Below are positions 25,770 through 39,977 of a DNA stretch of 64,000 bases, piece by piece. This DNA comes from Saccostrea cucullata (lineage: Eukaryota). The DNA is taken from assembly GCF_032062105.1 (NCBI RefSeq), contig NW_026934303.1, positions 496,001 to 560,000 of the forward strand, written 5' to 3'. Both the position numbers and the translations under genes were made by a program. The notes beneath the pieces are model-generated. The model was not told where the DNA came from, ran no database searches, and worked only from the letters and a program-made list of their open reading frames with translations. The number at the start of each line of letters is the position of its first letter. The first letter of the stretch is position 1.

Positions 25770-27600
25770 AACATTAAGAATTTAAGAAGCAAGGGATATG
25801 TGGTTTTGTGTGGAGACTGAACTCGATTTCACCATCAACCAGGGTAGATGTAGTACTAGTATCTAGGAATACGTTTTTCGATATATATCATACATGTAGA
25901 TGTACATGTAGATACATGTACATCTACTGTAAATTTGAAGGACTGAAAAAAGGTGTTGGCAAACGTAATAAGAGTCTCGAGGCTCTCGTGACATTCCACC
26001 CACTTCATCTCTATATCGTCAATGAAACGCAACAAGCTAAGGTTCTTTTAAATTGGCGCTTGAAGTAACAAGTTACGTTCAAGTCTTCCAATGAAAGCAT
26101 TGGCATAAGGCAGTATCATTTTCGTACCCATAACAGTGCCATCAACCTGCAGGTAATGTTCTCCATTACACTTGAGCACCTGAGAACATGTTCAAGGAGC
26201 TTGGCAAGGGACTCTGTAGAAGGAATATGTATTGATCTACTAGCCCAGATTTCTCTACAGTCTTTGATACTCTCATCGTGCGGAATATTGGTGTACAAAT
26301 ATGTGACGTCCATAGTCACGAGAAGGGCATGATCTGGAAGGCCAGTAGAGGGCGTCTTTCTAATGTAGTCCGTGGGTGTTCTTGAGATAGGATGCATATG
26401 GCAATTTCTCCACCTGTGGACGGAGATGTAAATCAGTGTATTCAGAAATTTTCTCCAATCCGTGAGGTGTCCAATTGCACTTACTATAGACCGACCTGGC
26501 AAGCTTTCTTTGTGTATCTTAGGAAGCAGATAAAATTGTCCTGGTCTACAGTCAGTGGGAGTTAGTGTCTCATAGACGTTGATGCTAATCTTGTTTTTCT
26601 CAAACATTTTATCATGAGTTTTTATGATAGCGGTGGAGAATTCTTTAGTAGGGTCAGAGTCCTGTTTCTTATAGAAACGTTCGTCCGAGAGTCGTCTATG
26701 GGCCTCCGCCGTGTATGTCTCTTTATCCAGTTCTACAACTTAGAACATTTGTCTGCTTTCTTCATAACAATGCCGTAACGATTCTTTAATGATTGTAAGG
26801 CGGATCTCTCTTCCTTACTCTTATTGTCGGGAGCTTTGTCTGGCATTGAAAGGAACTTCTCTATGTCTGACTCAACGGCTTCAATATAAGACTCAAGGGC
26901 GCTGCATTTGTTCGGTGCAGGTTCCCAGTCATTTTTGGGCCTATTGAGTTTGTGTTCCTCTAGATCGTGTAAATCTGGTTGTGAAGAGTCATATGAATCA
27001 ACTTCGGAGTCTTTTCTGGAGAAGTGCCCCTTCAAACGAAGTCTCAGAAAGAATGCTTGGGTGTCCTCTCTGATTTGTTTTTCGTCGACCTTATGTTTTG
27101 TGGGGCAGAAATTCAGCACCTTGGAAGGAAGTGATGTCTGCGATTCGGAGAGAGGAGCACTAGATTTATTGAGCACTGGGCAGACGTCAGGAGTTTGTAA
27201 GGGTCCGTTCCTCGAGATTGTCTTTATGGGCCCCTCCGATCCCTTTAAGCGTCTCGAGTGGGGTGTCCTTGTTTTGTTAACTCTGACCTCTGACCGGTTG
27301 TTCCTATTATGTGGAACACTGTCTCAGAGAAATTTCTTTCTAATTGAGTCTTGTCAAGTTTATTTCTTAGGGACATATTATAGGTTTCAATAATCTTATG
27401 GGCTTCATCAATATCGGTCTGGGACATGAAATCATTGAGGGATGATTCTAAGGACGTGATCTCACTCTCAGATTGTCCTGACTCGTGGATATCCCAAGAA
27501 AGACAGAGTGACATCAATTATTTAGAACATCTCTTTGTAACAATTTCCCAGCGTTCTTGAAAATGTTTGGAGATTGGCCCTATGTTAGGCGTAACATTTA
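25770..27600 (-). mobile_element. Degenerate Penelope-like retroelement (RT pseudogene)
   Basis: Frameshifted segments [10 protein letters not shown]-like, [49 protein letters not shown]. Confidence 0.85.
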
Positions 27601-27990
27601 TCTAGAAATTTAAAAATCTTATATATTGAAGTATATGGGAAAACTTAGAACAAGTGGACTAAAAAACAACTGAACCTTATGTGGAAACATCCTGGGGTAG
27701 TGTGGATTCTAAATTGTTCAAATCATGGCCCCCGGGGGTTGGGCGGGGCCACAATAGGGAGTCTAAGTTTTACATTAAAGTATACAGGAAAAATCTTCTC
27801 AAGAACAAGTGGAGTAAAAAGCTGAAATTTATGTTGCAGCATCCTGGGGTAGTTTAGATTCTGAATTGTTGGAATCATGACCCTTTAGGATTGTCAAGGT
27901 CAAGATAGGTATTACAAAGGGGGAATCTGTTAAATGACAGGATGGCTAAAGTAACTCAGGTGAGCGATGTGGCCCATTGGCCTCTTGTAT
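27600..27990 (-). repeat. Cg170/HindIII-like satellite units in a Helentron-derived element
   Basis: Two ~165-bp units (GCATCCTGGGGTAG..GATTCT..AATCATG.CCC) and the terminus CAGGTGAGCGATGTGGCCCATTGGCCTCTTGT. Confidence 0.65.
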
Positions 27991-28892
27991 TAATTTAACC
28001 TATAAATACGATCCAATGAAATACATGTATATGCAAAAGGAGATAGTTAACAATAATCAAGCTCAAAAGTGAATTTAAACAATACAAATCAGGAGCAGAG
28101 CTAGAGCAAATACGAACCTCATAACCATTAGAGGTGGGGTCAGGTGCCATGGAGGAGTGAGCATTCCCTTCCAACCAGTCACACAAGGAGGATTGAAAAT
28201 GCTTACAAGGTCATCGTGTCGACCATAGAACTTATGAAACAAAGACTTTAAACGAGAGTGTTCATAATCATGCTTCATCAACTTATTTGTCAATAGTTTG
28301 CCCCGTTTCTAGAAATTGTCCATGCATAAAACATACTCAATATCAAATAAATTGAGAGATATAGACCCTGCATGCAAAATAAATCCTTTTCCTATAAAAT
28401 TTCGATATGCGCCGATTTATTTCTCTAGTAGTCCTTTTACCACAGATGCCTAATATGGAACCAAATAGGCCTGCCAATGATTAATTTGGCACAAAATTAA
28501 ATAAAAGGTTATTTTACAGGATGCTAAATCGACTTATTGAAGAACAATAAAAGCAAAAATTATTTCGTAACAAATATTAATAAAAAATGCTTTGTAGAAT
28601 TTAAAATGTTATTACGATTCTATGTATGATATACATAAGAAATAAAAAGGGATATCCCTGTTACAGGGGAAGGGAGTGACTCGGCAAACCTATAAACATG
28701 CAACAACATTCGGAAAAAACATGAACAACCTCCAAAGTTTATGACAGACTTTACAAAAGTTTATTTGTAAAAAGAATAAGACATAAGAATAATGATTTGT
28801 CACAAAACATCTATAAAATTCATAATTTTAGATTGATTGGATTCTTTGTTATGAAAATTGTCAGCATATAAAATACAACAGAAGAAAGTATG

Positions 28893-29215
28893 TTACGTTG
28901 ACATGCTTTGCATTGAAAAAGAGGATGGCGTGGCTTCCTGGTTGCTACTCTCAGTTGTTAAATTAAATTTGCCACAGAAACCACCAGCACCACATCGTTT
29001 CTGGAGAATTCGGAGATTCTCCTTTCTCAGTAGAATGTAAATCCAGGGATCTACGACTGAGTTACAGACGGCAAAGCGGAGCACTAACAGTTCTCTGGGA
29101 CCATTTCCTTCTACCCACATAGCGGCATGTGCAAATATTATGGACTTAAAATCAGAAAAAAATGAATAAAAAACATTGAAAAAATATCTGATAAATATTT
29201 TTACCACAAACGCAT

Positions 29216-29269
<54 letters not shown>

Positions 29270-30027
29270 CTTACAATAAGTGGTATCCAACAGACGGTAA
29301 ATGCCACTACAATGACCATAAGTAAAATCATGTTAAAGACGTCACTTTTCTTTACCTTCCGATTAAGTCCTCGTTTGGATGCTCTCATATTTTTACAAAG
29401 AGTAACAATGACAAACAAGTTAAGGGTTATAGTTGTTATCAAAATAACATATCCCAAAATTGAGTATATAAAGGAATTTACTCTGTCCAAGGTAGTTTTT
29501 CCAACGAATTTCAAAAAGCACCAGGATCCAGGGTAATAAATTTGACTGGAACCAAGACCCATCAAATGCAAAGAGGATACAAAGCTGCTAAAAATCCAGA
29601 TGGATATAAGCGTTATATTTGTTCGTCGCTCTTTTCCAGCCACGTTGTACTTAAATGGATACAGAATAGCCACGAAACGGTCAAAAGACATGGCACACAC
29701 AATAAGGGCCGAAGACATTGGAGTAAATGTAAATATGAATGAGCTATAGTCACAAATGGGCGTTGGAAAATCATATGTAAAGTCGGAAGCATATCTCATC
29801 ATCACTATGGGGTAGACTGCTAGAATGCCCCCGCCGTCCGTCAGAGCCAAACCGAAGACTAGTTTATAAAAGGGTTTCCATTTGTGTCTATTTCTGGACA
29901 TTAACAAGACGGCTAGTGAAATTAAATTTCCAACTACTCCTAGAAAGAACTGTAGACCAGGCGGAACTGCTGATTCCCACACCCTCTCTGTAGTTGAGTT
30001 CGGGATCAGAGGGGCAGTTGTGTTCAT
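28893..30027 (-). CDS. Prostanoid receptor (EP4-like) GPCR, copy 4, 334 aa
   Basis: Exons 30027-29275 and 29144-28893; RFAVCNSVVDPWIYILLR; close paralogue of copy 3. Confidence 0.94.
29221..29266. repeat. (GA)23 microsatellite in the copy 4 intron
   Basis: Directly visible. Confidence 0.97.
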
Positions 30028-31554
30028 CTTCAAATAACTGGGATCAACAGAGATTCGTTTTAATATCAAAGTGAATGTATGCAGAAGAGGTATTGCATAA
30101 AAAGAAGACTTAATTTCCTGTGTGTGCACTTTTTTCAAGGTTCAAGAAAATTAAAATTGTAAAATATGTTATGAAACGGGAAGAAATCATAATTTCATTT
30201 AAGTAATAACACACACAGTAAAACATTTTAATACGACACCTGTGTTATCCATTTACTTTGAATTCCGGTTTATATTTTGATTACTTATTTTCTATTCCGA
30301 CGTAGAATTTGTGTTCCAGTGCATGTCGTGTTAGACAGCTTACACTGTAAATGATGACACGGAAGTCAGAATAATATAATAATACATATTGGTTGACATG
30401 CTTTAATGTCTAACGAATAGAAACGGAGGTGATGAAAAAATAATTTCCTAATAAGATCGATATACACACAATGAAGTCAGTCGACCATAACAAAAATTGT
30501 GGGAATATGAAATGAATGCTGCCTTACTGCCATGATCTGCAATTTTAAAGTGAAACTTAAAACACGATCACAGTATCTTTGATCATTCAGAATCAGTGTA
30601 TAAATATATTTTAATAACAATAAATAAAATTAGGAAAAACGGAGAAAAAAATCACATGCAGAGACAGCAAGTGTTTGGATTAAGCATATTTCATCATCAA
30701 TATATTCTCTAATGCAAAATGGTATGTACAGAGAGGGGATCAGAATAATGAGCAATGATTGATTTCATAAATAAACTTTAAACTATATAAATCTGTGAAA
30801 CAGGAACGGGGAAACAATACAAATCTGTAAACAAGACATGAAAACTTGAAGAGGGATCAAATGCCATAGAGGAGTAAGCATTCCCTGTTGACCAATTACA
30901 CCGACTGTGTGATTATTGTCAGTGACTGGAAAAAAAGAATATCTGTACACAATTCAGAGTGTGAATAATGACATTACAATTAGTATGAAAACGTCAGTCA
31001 GCAATCGACTTCACTCTCGAGTTGCAGTCAATTATGTTTTCAGAAAAAAACGCAGTAGAAAATTGCCTACTTACATTATCTTTAAAGATATTTTTTCGAA
31101 AAAAAAAAATCAACAATACAAGGTATAAATGGCATGCTTTCTTTGTAGTTCTATGGTCGATAAAATGACCTTGTCAGCAAATAAAATCTATCATTAAGTC
31201 AAATGCTGACTGACTTTTTTCATACTTATTGAATTGTCAACGGATTTTCCCGTTATTTCCCGGTCATGATAAGGAGCATATGACGATGGTGTCGATCGGT
31301 AGGGGATGCCCACTCCTCCATGGGTCCTGATCCCACCTCTGTTATTTTAGAATTCCGTATTTGCTCTGCTCCAAATTTTGTATTGTTTAATATACTTTTG
31401 AGCTTGAAAAAGACGCTAATTGTAATCTAACAACCAAGTTTCATAAAAAAAAAAACTGGATGACTTTTCTATCGTCCATTCCATTTTTCATTTCATGTAG
31501 CAATATAATCCTATCACCTGAATAAGATTTTTTGTCTCTGTACACCTGTACAAA

Positions 31555-33100
31555 GCTAGAGGTACTGTAAGCAATGAGGTCACTAAATGATTCCACGACT
31601 CCCATATATTTATAATGGTAAAGTCTAGGGCTGTGCAATATTACCGGTGTATCGGTATATTGCGGTATTATCCACCACGATAAATATTGCGATATGAAAA
31701 TCAGATACCGGTATTTCACGATATTTATAAAAATATATAAAAACCTCCTGTATTGTAGAAACTGCTGAAATAATACTTGTAACTTCCCCAGGCCTTTTCA
31801 ATCTAGTTAAAAAAAATACTTCGTCAGCTTTCAGAGGCAGATAGAGAGAGGAAGCTTTTCATTCACTGTCACAATTTTAAATATTTTACTTTAAAATAAA
31901 ATTAATAGTTAATAAAAAGACTTTTATATAAAATCATTAAGAGAGAAAATATATAAAACATTTCTACAGAGTGTATACCATGTGTACTGTGGTTCTCAAA
32001 ATCTCATGGAATCTACACGATCGACGATGAATGTTAAGTTCAAGATTTATATTACAAATTTATAAATGTCCCTCCATGTTTTCACTTAATACAGTGTTGC
32101 TTTTTATTATTTTTTAACAAGTTTCATGCCATTTTAAACACTTTCATGCTATACCAGGAGCATGTAATTTGTATATTTAAACAAAAGGCCAATGCAGTTC
32201 CTGATCGTATGTCATAATGTGAAATTAGGTCGGGTCAGACTAAAACACCAAACGCCCAAAATAGGTCACAATTTCTCTCTGGCGTTAATTTTATTCTGTG
32301 ACCACATAAAATTTCCATATAGTATGTATTGTTTTAATCATTAAGTTACATTTTATACTATTTCAATAAAACAACCCCCCCCCCCAAAGTATAAAGAATA
32401 TACTATGCATACTTTTTTTTTTCAATTTGAAAATACGTCAAATGAGTTCATTTTGTTTTAATATTTTACCTAGTATTTGAATAAAGTTATTACAATTATG
32501 TGTGCCATTAATGTCTTATCCCCTGCCCCCTTTAAAATTTATAGATAAATGCAAATAGTCTTTGAACTTGACAGGATTTTAAACTAAATTCTGCACAAAT
32601 TTATTAATGATAAGTAATCTACAATATATCGCAATATATTGCAATATTCAATGTAAAATATTGCAATATATCGCAATATGGTTTTCACTCGCAATACCCA
32701 ACTCTAGTAAAGTCCATGTTTTGCCCTTGAAGACCCGAAATAAGTGTCAGATCAAAAGTTAACAAGGAGGTGCACAATGGTATTATGTAATGAAGAATCT
32801 GTTAAAGCATCATTAAATTTTATCTAATGGTATGAAAAGAGCTGGGGATAAGAGATATCGTTCATTATTACAAGAATGGCCGTGTCCATGGTTTGCTTTG
32901 GGAAACCCAAAAATGGTTCTGATCCAAAAGTAAAATAGGAGGTTCACTTTGTAACAATGATTCTGTGAAAGTCTCATTAAATTTCATTCAGTGGTATAAG
33001 AGATGTTGCGGATATAAAATGGGTACCTCAAAGCGTAACAGAAGGACAGACATCCCGATCACTATTTACCCTCCCACTTTTCAAGCGGAGGGTATAATAA
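31555..33100 (+). mobile_element. HINE-type element interrupted by a hAT MITE
   Basis: CTAGAGGTACTGTAAGCAATGAGGTCAC start at about 31556; resumes at 32707; ends TTTTCAAGCGGAGGGTATAATAA. Confidence 0.65.
31626..32706. mobile_element. hAT-type MITE
   Basis: TAGGGCTG..CAACTCTA ends, 8-bp TSD GTAAAGTC (31618-31625 and 32707-32714), subterminal GCAATAT repeats. Confidence 0.8.
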
Positions 33101-35483
33101 GCCATCCCTCAACTGGAATCTACCACTAGGTAAAAAATATCTGCTTAAAAAAACTGACTGACTTTTTTCATATTTATTATAATGTCATTAATATTGCAGT
33201 GAATATTCACGGATTTTGTAGTTTTTCCAGTTATGACAAGTATCACATGGCGGTTGTGACCAGTCGATAGGAGAAGATTTCTTTTCTCTATGGAACCTGA
33301 TTCTACTTCTGATGTTTTTAGAGAGCCATGATTGCTCTGCTCACAGTATGTATTGCCTTGATATACTTTTAAGCTTGATTAATGTTCATTGTCTCAATAT
33401 TTCATGTTTAGCATCACGTTTCAGCAATACTTCTATGCCTCCCTCCCACCCTAGCTTTGTTATGAACATTTTTTATTAATCTATTATGGTTGTATTTTTT
33501 ACCCCAAAAAACGTAATACAATTTCCAACCTTACATAGGATTTTGAAATACTTTAGAGACTGAAGAATTTAGCAGTAAATATTTACAGATTGCAGATTAA
33601 TACAAGGCTTCAGTTCTTTGTACAATTTCTCTTAAATTATTTTTTTAATGAAATGGAGTTATCTCTCATTAACCGGCCTTCCACTGAAGTAAACCATAAC
33701 AAGGATGATATCAAGTATCCAGTGATACAACTAATATACCGACATACCTATCACTAAATTTTATTCATTCATTCATTCAGAAAAAAAACATGTTTCTACA
33801 ATGTTCATTAGAACAACTAATAATAACTACTAATAACAAGCTTCATGATAAACGGGATGACTTTTCTTTTGTCAATTCCATTTGTTACGTAGCAATATCA
33901 TCCTATCATCTAAATAGTTTTTGTCTCTCAGTTGATTCGATACGCAAGAGTATGCTCTGTATACGAACAGTTTCTTAAACGAAGCAAGCTATCGACAAAC
34001 AAATTGATGTAACAAGAATATCAACACTCTCGTTTAAAATCACAATTTTGCAAGGAATCTTTGCTGATATGATGACCTTGTCAGCAAATACGTTTTTTAT
34101 TAGCCAAATAGTGACTGACGTTTTTCATACTTATCGTTAGGTCATTAATGATACACTGAATATTTACGGATTTTTCGCTTTCCCAATCATGACAAGAAAC
34201 ACATTGCGGGTGTGACCAGTCGACAGGGGAAGATTTCTTCACCATAGCACCTAATTCGACTTCTAAAGATAGACATAAAATAAAAATATATCAAAAATTG
34301 TGTATGTCAGTATATTAATTTGTTATGTATCAGAACAAATAAGTTGCATATCAACATTAGTAAGTTACACATGTTAACATGACACATTCTAAGTTGCATG
34401 CCGACTAAATAAGTTGCATCTAGCACGTTAAACCAATTTTTATAATTGAAACTGTTAAAATTCTTATCTGATAATTTTTTTTCCTGCATTTAATCATAGT
34501 TTTATATGTTGACATACTTTTTTTTGTATGTTGACATAGTTTTCTTGCATGCCAACATACACCCTCTATCGTTTGAATATTTTTGTCTTGATTATTTTTT
34601 TAGTACACTGTACATAACATAAAAGAAAATGAAAATAAAACCCCCAGTTCAATTAAAATTTCAAATGCTAGAATAAATAATTATTTTAAAAAGTATCTAA
34701 ATTTGAAATATGGGGACTGCGAGTAGTATTAAAGCTCAAAGTCCAATCTAAGAATACAGATCGGGAGTAGAACAAACAAGCACCTCTAACACATCACAGG
34801 TGGGGTCAACATTTCTTAAAGGGGATTGGGGCATGTACCAGTATACGTCCAAACTGAATTAATAGTAGCTAACAAATGTTTTGTTTTGTGAAAAACCAAA
34901 TGTAAGAACATTTTTTTAAACGCTCAAATTCATATTGTTATATCATTTCAAATTCAGAAATCAATTGCAATGGACATGCAGCATTGAACGGGAGAAAAGT
35001 CGCCATCTTTGATATAAACAAATATGTAGACAAAATAAGATGACGTCACGAGCATGGAATAGCCACTCGGGAAAACTCCAAAACAACTATGAACATTGCA
35101 GGAAGCAGGAAATATGTTAAGAGAGTGAGCCGTGTATTCGAGTTTAAATGACAAAGACAGTTTTGAGTGATAAAGACTCTGTATCAACCGATGACCGCTT
35201 AAAGGAAACGGCGGATTATCAGTAAAAATCCGGTCAAAAGGCTAGAAATGTTTTAGAAAGTGATGGGCACTTTAATGTTGCGGAAATATGGTGAAAACAA
35301 AATTAAACGCAAAAAAGAACAACACTGTGAACTCTTATCAAGTTTTATTATTTTTTGTAGTCTGTTTTATTATTCTGATATTATGATACAAATGATAGGC
35401 TGCACATTTTTAAAAAATAAGACAATAAAAGTTTTAAAAATATATACAAAACAAGTAACAACAACAAAAAATACGACCCAGTA

Positions 35484-38029
35484 TTACACAGAGACTTCAT
35501 TAGCTGATGTCCTGATTCCGATTTCTTCAGAAGTTCTATATGGACTCTCCCGGTCAGTAAGCCACACTGGAGCTCCCTGAGACCCGTCAGACCGTCTGTA
35601 TGACGTCACCGAACACGACCGCTTTCGTGAGGAACCCAAGGATCTAGAATTCATGCCATATGATAATTTGCAACAGACGGCACGAAAAAAAATTCTTCTC
35701 ATTGAAAGAATCGTCTCCTTCCGCAGTAAAATGTAGATCCAAGGGTCTATGATGGAATTGGTTACTGCAAGCCTCAGAACAAGCAGTTCTGTTCCACAAT
35801 CTCCATCCATCCAAAATACAGCATGAGCAAATATGACGCACTTAAATATATAAAATAAAGTTACAGTAGATTTATCCGTAATTTTATTCAATGTTTTTTC
35901 TTCTTTGATAACAAAAATTATTGAACATTATCTTCATGTTATAATACATCATCACAATAAACACATGCACAGCTTCTCTCTTTCTTTTCTATATTATTAT
36001 TATTTTTTAAAAATCAGAAATGTTTTATAATACTGAGGTCTGATATTAGGAATGGATGGATTGCTGTTGATATAAGTCTTTATAAAAGGTGTGTCAATTG
36101 CCATTTCTTATTGTTGTGTTATGATACCAAATGTTTTGGAGTTTTGTATACTTATATAAGATTCAACAGCTCTGACGCAGGAAAGTCTCCTATACATGAT
36201 TCATCATTTAAGTCCTACAGATGAACAATTAGTTGTACTCAAATCAATGGACTAGTGATGGCTTAACCCATCCCAAAATTTGCACTTAAAACTAAATCAT
36301 TAATTGAAATTCAGTACGCTTGCTTATGAATCGCATTTAAAAAGAGTATTGCACATAAGTACCGGGTATATGATTTTAGAGTGTTTTTTTATATTTCGAC
36401 AGTCTTTCTCCTATATAAAATTAAACCGTTAGATGTAAATAATTCTCTAGAAATCGCTTTGAATAGATATTTTCTGTTTTGCCTTGCGTAAATCAAAGAA
36501 AGCTTACAATTCTCTTATACCTTATATAGAATATCCATTACCTTATAGATTTCACTTATGTTTAGTTGTATCGATATAGCTAAAAGGTATATCATAGAGG
36601 GAGAGCAAGATTCTAGTTTTCTTCCACCAGAACTACATAGACTATATATTTCCTTCGGCTACGCCTCGGGAGATATTCCTGATCTCAGGGACCTAGAATT
36701 CTTCTAACTCCCTTAATAAGATTATATACTTAGCTGATTCAGTCGATCTAAATGTATTTGCGCATACATGTACTTGACAACCGAATATTGGCAACCTTTT
36801 CTACAGGCTTTCTTAGTTACTCTTTAGTCTTCTCTTTTGTTTTAAAACAGTCAAAGGTTTGAATAAAATGGTGGCCTTAGAATCTCTTAGGTTTAAGAAA
36901 ACGTTTCATATTTCATTCATTGAAATACTTTGTTATAAGCTTGTATATATTGTTCGTAAAATATAGCTGGTTTATAGAAAAATATATTATAGAAATGAAA
37001 AAGCATCTCTAATTTAAAATCTATCGATGAATCTAGAGTGAACACGTGGATGAAACTGTATGCATCTTTTTAATTTATAAATCACATACTAGTATATGAT
37101 TTTCAGTGACCGGATTCATTTTAAAAAAAATATGTAAGTTAAGGATTTTAAGATATACTGTATACATGTCATCATAGATGCATCATTTGTATGAGAAAAC
37201 CATTAATAATGGTGTGTTTATGTACATATTAAAATAAAAACAATTACTGTATACTTACAATCAACGGCGTCCATAATGTTGCAAAAACCACTACTATAGT
37301 GAGCAAAAATACGATGTTGAAGACGTCTCTTTTACTATCGTTATTCTGCACTTTGCTTCTCTTTTGTAAAAATCGTCTACGAAAAATAGTAATCACTACT
37401 ATACTATTCAAGGATACAATTGTTACTATGATAATAAGTCCAAGGAAGGAATAGAGAAATGAATTAGCCCTGTTGAGTATTGCAGTGCTGCTGTTCCCTT
37501 GAACTTTACTGAAGTCGATGAAACACCAAGACCTTGGGTAGAAACTGTGACTATCACCGAGTCCAAACAGGTGAAGACTACATACCACGGCTGATGAGAT
37601 CCAAGTAACCCCCAACATAATGTTTACACGTCTATATTTTGTGTTCGTGTCATAAAAAATTGGATACATTATGGCAAGGAATCGGTCTATAGACATACTA
37701 CAAATTATCATAGCGGATGCTAGGAGCGTGAAAGTGTATATAAAGGAACTGTAGTCACACAGGGCTGTTGGCATCTGAAAACTTCGAACAGCGTACCTTA
37801 TCATGACGGTAGGGTAAACTAGCAAAATTCCTCCGCCGTCTGTAAGAGCCAGAGCAGCCACCAACCGATAAAATGGACGCCATTTGTGAGTCTTTGCAGA
37901 GAGTTTAAGAACCAGCAAAGCTATTCCATTACCAATAACTCCGATAGCGAATTGCATTGCGGGTGGAACAGCTGATTCTTCGTTACGGTAAGTAGCGTCT
38001 GAGGTATAACAAGTTGTTGTATTTCCCAT
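35484..38029 (-). CDS. Prostanoid receptor (EP4-like) GPCR, copy 5, 375 aa (most divergent)
   Basis: Exons 38029-37259 and 35840-35484, 1.4-kb intron at the same TM6 position; FYPRSWCF, RLAVTNSIIDPWIYILLR. Confidence 0.93.
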
Positions 38030-38504
38030 TTTTCTGTCAGTTTAAATTTACTTCCGGTATTCTTTAATTTTTGAAACCTCTTCTGTAGAATATCTTTTTT
38101 AAAATTTTTAACAGGTATCATCATATCAACATGCGTTGTGTGCAGTGGTTTTATCTTTATATTGATAAAATAATGTCTATCAGTTATTTGAGTTGTATGA
38201 TTAGATAGCTAAGTGAAGTATCAACATGTAGCTTATCCTTATACTAGTGCTAACTTTTAAATTCTATCACGATGTGATAGTAAAATATGTCAATCAGTTT
38301 TGATTTCTTTGCCTCATGAAGGGTATTAAAGATTTTATTGGCTTCTTGAAAAACAAATTATTAATAAAAAGTTTCATTGTCATTAAGAAATATTTTTATC
38401 CATATCCTTTGATAAATGTAAGGGTGTAAAATAAAAAAAAAATGGTGCATTTTATTCAAGAATCTTAAATTCATCAATCTTGAAAGTTATCATTTATAAG
38501 CAAC

Positions 38505-39035
38505 CCAATTCTCTAGTGGTAGGGCGCTAACTTTGTGATCTAAGGCCCGGGTTCGATTCTCGTTCGTTGCGCCGCATCAAACCTAAGAATGATGTAAATA
38601 TAGGAAATGACGTTTCTTTTGCCAATCACCGATACTACAATTAATAGTCACGTGTCTTTTGGACGAGACCTCAAAAACCGACGTCCATGTCAATAATTTT
38701 TCTCCCATATGGAGACGCCACCACTTGCCGATGGATAAGCTAAATTTTTGTCCCATGCTTGGTACTCAGGGCTATTGAACAATGAGAGATCTTTTTCGTC
38801 CCAGCACCTAATGCGACACAGGACCTAGGTTTATACAGTCTCATCCGAAGGACATGTCTCTACGTCCGACAGTGGAATTTGAACCCGCGATGTTAGCATC
38901 GACGCCTTACTTCGCGACTCTAGAGCAGATGCTCTAACCACTGCACCATGCAGGCGACATTAATATGAATGATAAAATTATTTGAATGGAAAAAGTTTTG
39001 AAAGCGACGTTAAACAACATACAATCAATCCATTG
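38505..39035 (+). mobile_element. tRNA-derived SINE with a second, inverted SINE nested at about 38700-38960
   Basis: A box TAGTGGTAGGGCG, B box GGTTCGATTC, tail CGACGTTAAACAACATACAATCAATC; inverted B box GAATTTGAACCC and A box GCTCTAACCACTG. Another copy at about 46130-46380. Confidence 0.6.
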
Positions 39036-39977
39036 ATCAATTAACTTTTTTTTTATCAATCTGATCATGTTTGACATTAAACCTTCTAGAAAAAAGCATT
39101 ACAAAATTATGAAAACACAATGTAAAAAGGAATAATCGGGTTTGAGAAATTCATACAAATTTAATTTTTAAAAATTATAAATCACGATCATAAAGCAATG
39201 CTGGTTATTTCCCGATCATGAAAAGGAGAATAGGGCGGGTGTGAACGGTCAGCAGGAGATACTCCCTCCTCCATGACACTTGATTCGGGCCAACCTCTGG
39301 TGGTTTGGACGTCCGTATTTGCTCTGCTCCAATTTTGTATTGTCTAATGGACTTTTGAGCTTTAATATTGTTCGTAGTATCCATATATTTCATGAAACAG
39401 ACAGTTTTTTTTAATGGCAAATCAATTAGTGTGTTTGAAATGAAATTAAATAGAATAATAATTTCTTATCTTAATACTAATGACGATATGGGCTATGCGG
39501 ACAATAAATCTTTTCTTTTGTTTTATAAATTATGATATTATTGCAATGAACGATGGCAACGAGTGAAAACCCTCTTGATAATAAGTATTATTCAGAGTTG
39601 ACGGAAATAAACATAGACATTTTTTTTTAAAATCTACAACTTGATGAATCAGCTTTTGTCTATCAGCTGTTTCACATTAAGAAACAAAGGACATTTCAAC
39701 AGAGACTTTATTTTAAACAAAAATAAAATAAAAACTATCGATAATACAACGCAAACAAATTAAAAAAACATTAACAACAAAATTGATACAGTTTGAAATA
39801 ATCATTCACTTTCCAAATTTCTTTTAGGTACAAAACAACACTTTTACGTCATTAGTTTTGTTGCATCAGAATGTCTTCTAGGGAGTTATTTTGACGCGGT
39901 CTTTTTTAAACACCTTGATTTTTTTTCTACAGCAGTAATTGTGAAGCGGTAATCAGTTGGATGGTCTTCTGCACTAG

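Noticed and set aside
29152-30138. 328-aa ORF with SLSLSL tail, and N-spanning ORFs at 24.1-24.5 kb and 43.0-43.3 kb
   Set aside because: Read-through into an intronic (CT)n tract or across assembly gaps.
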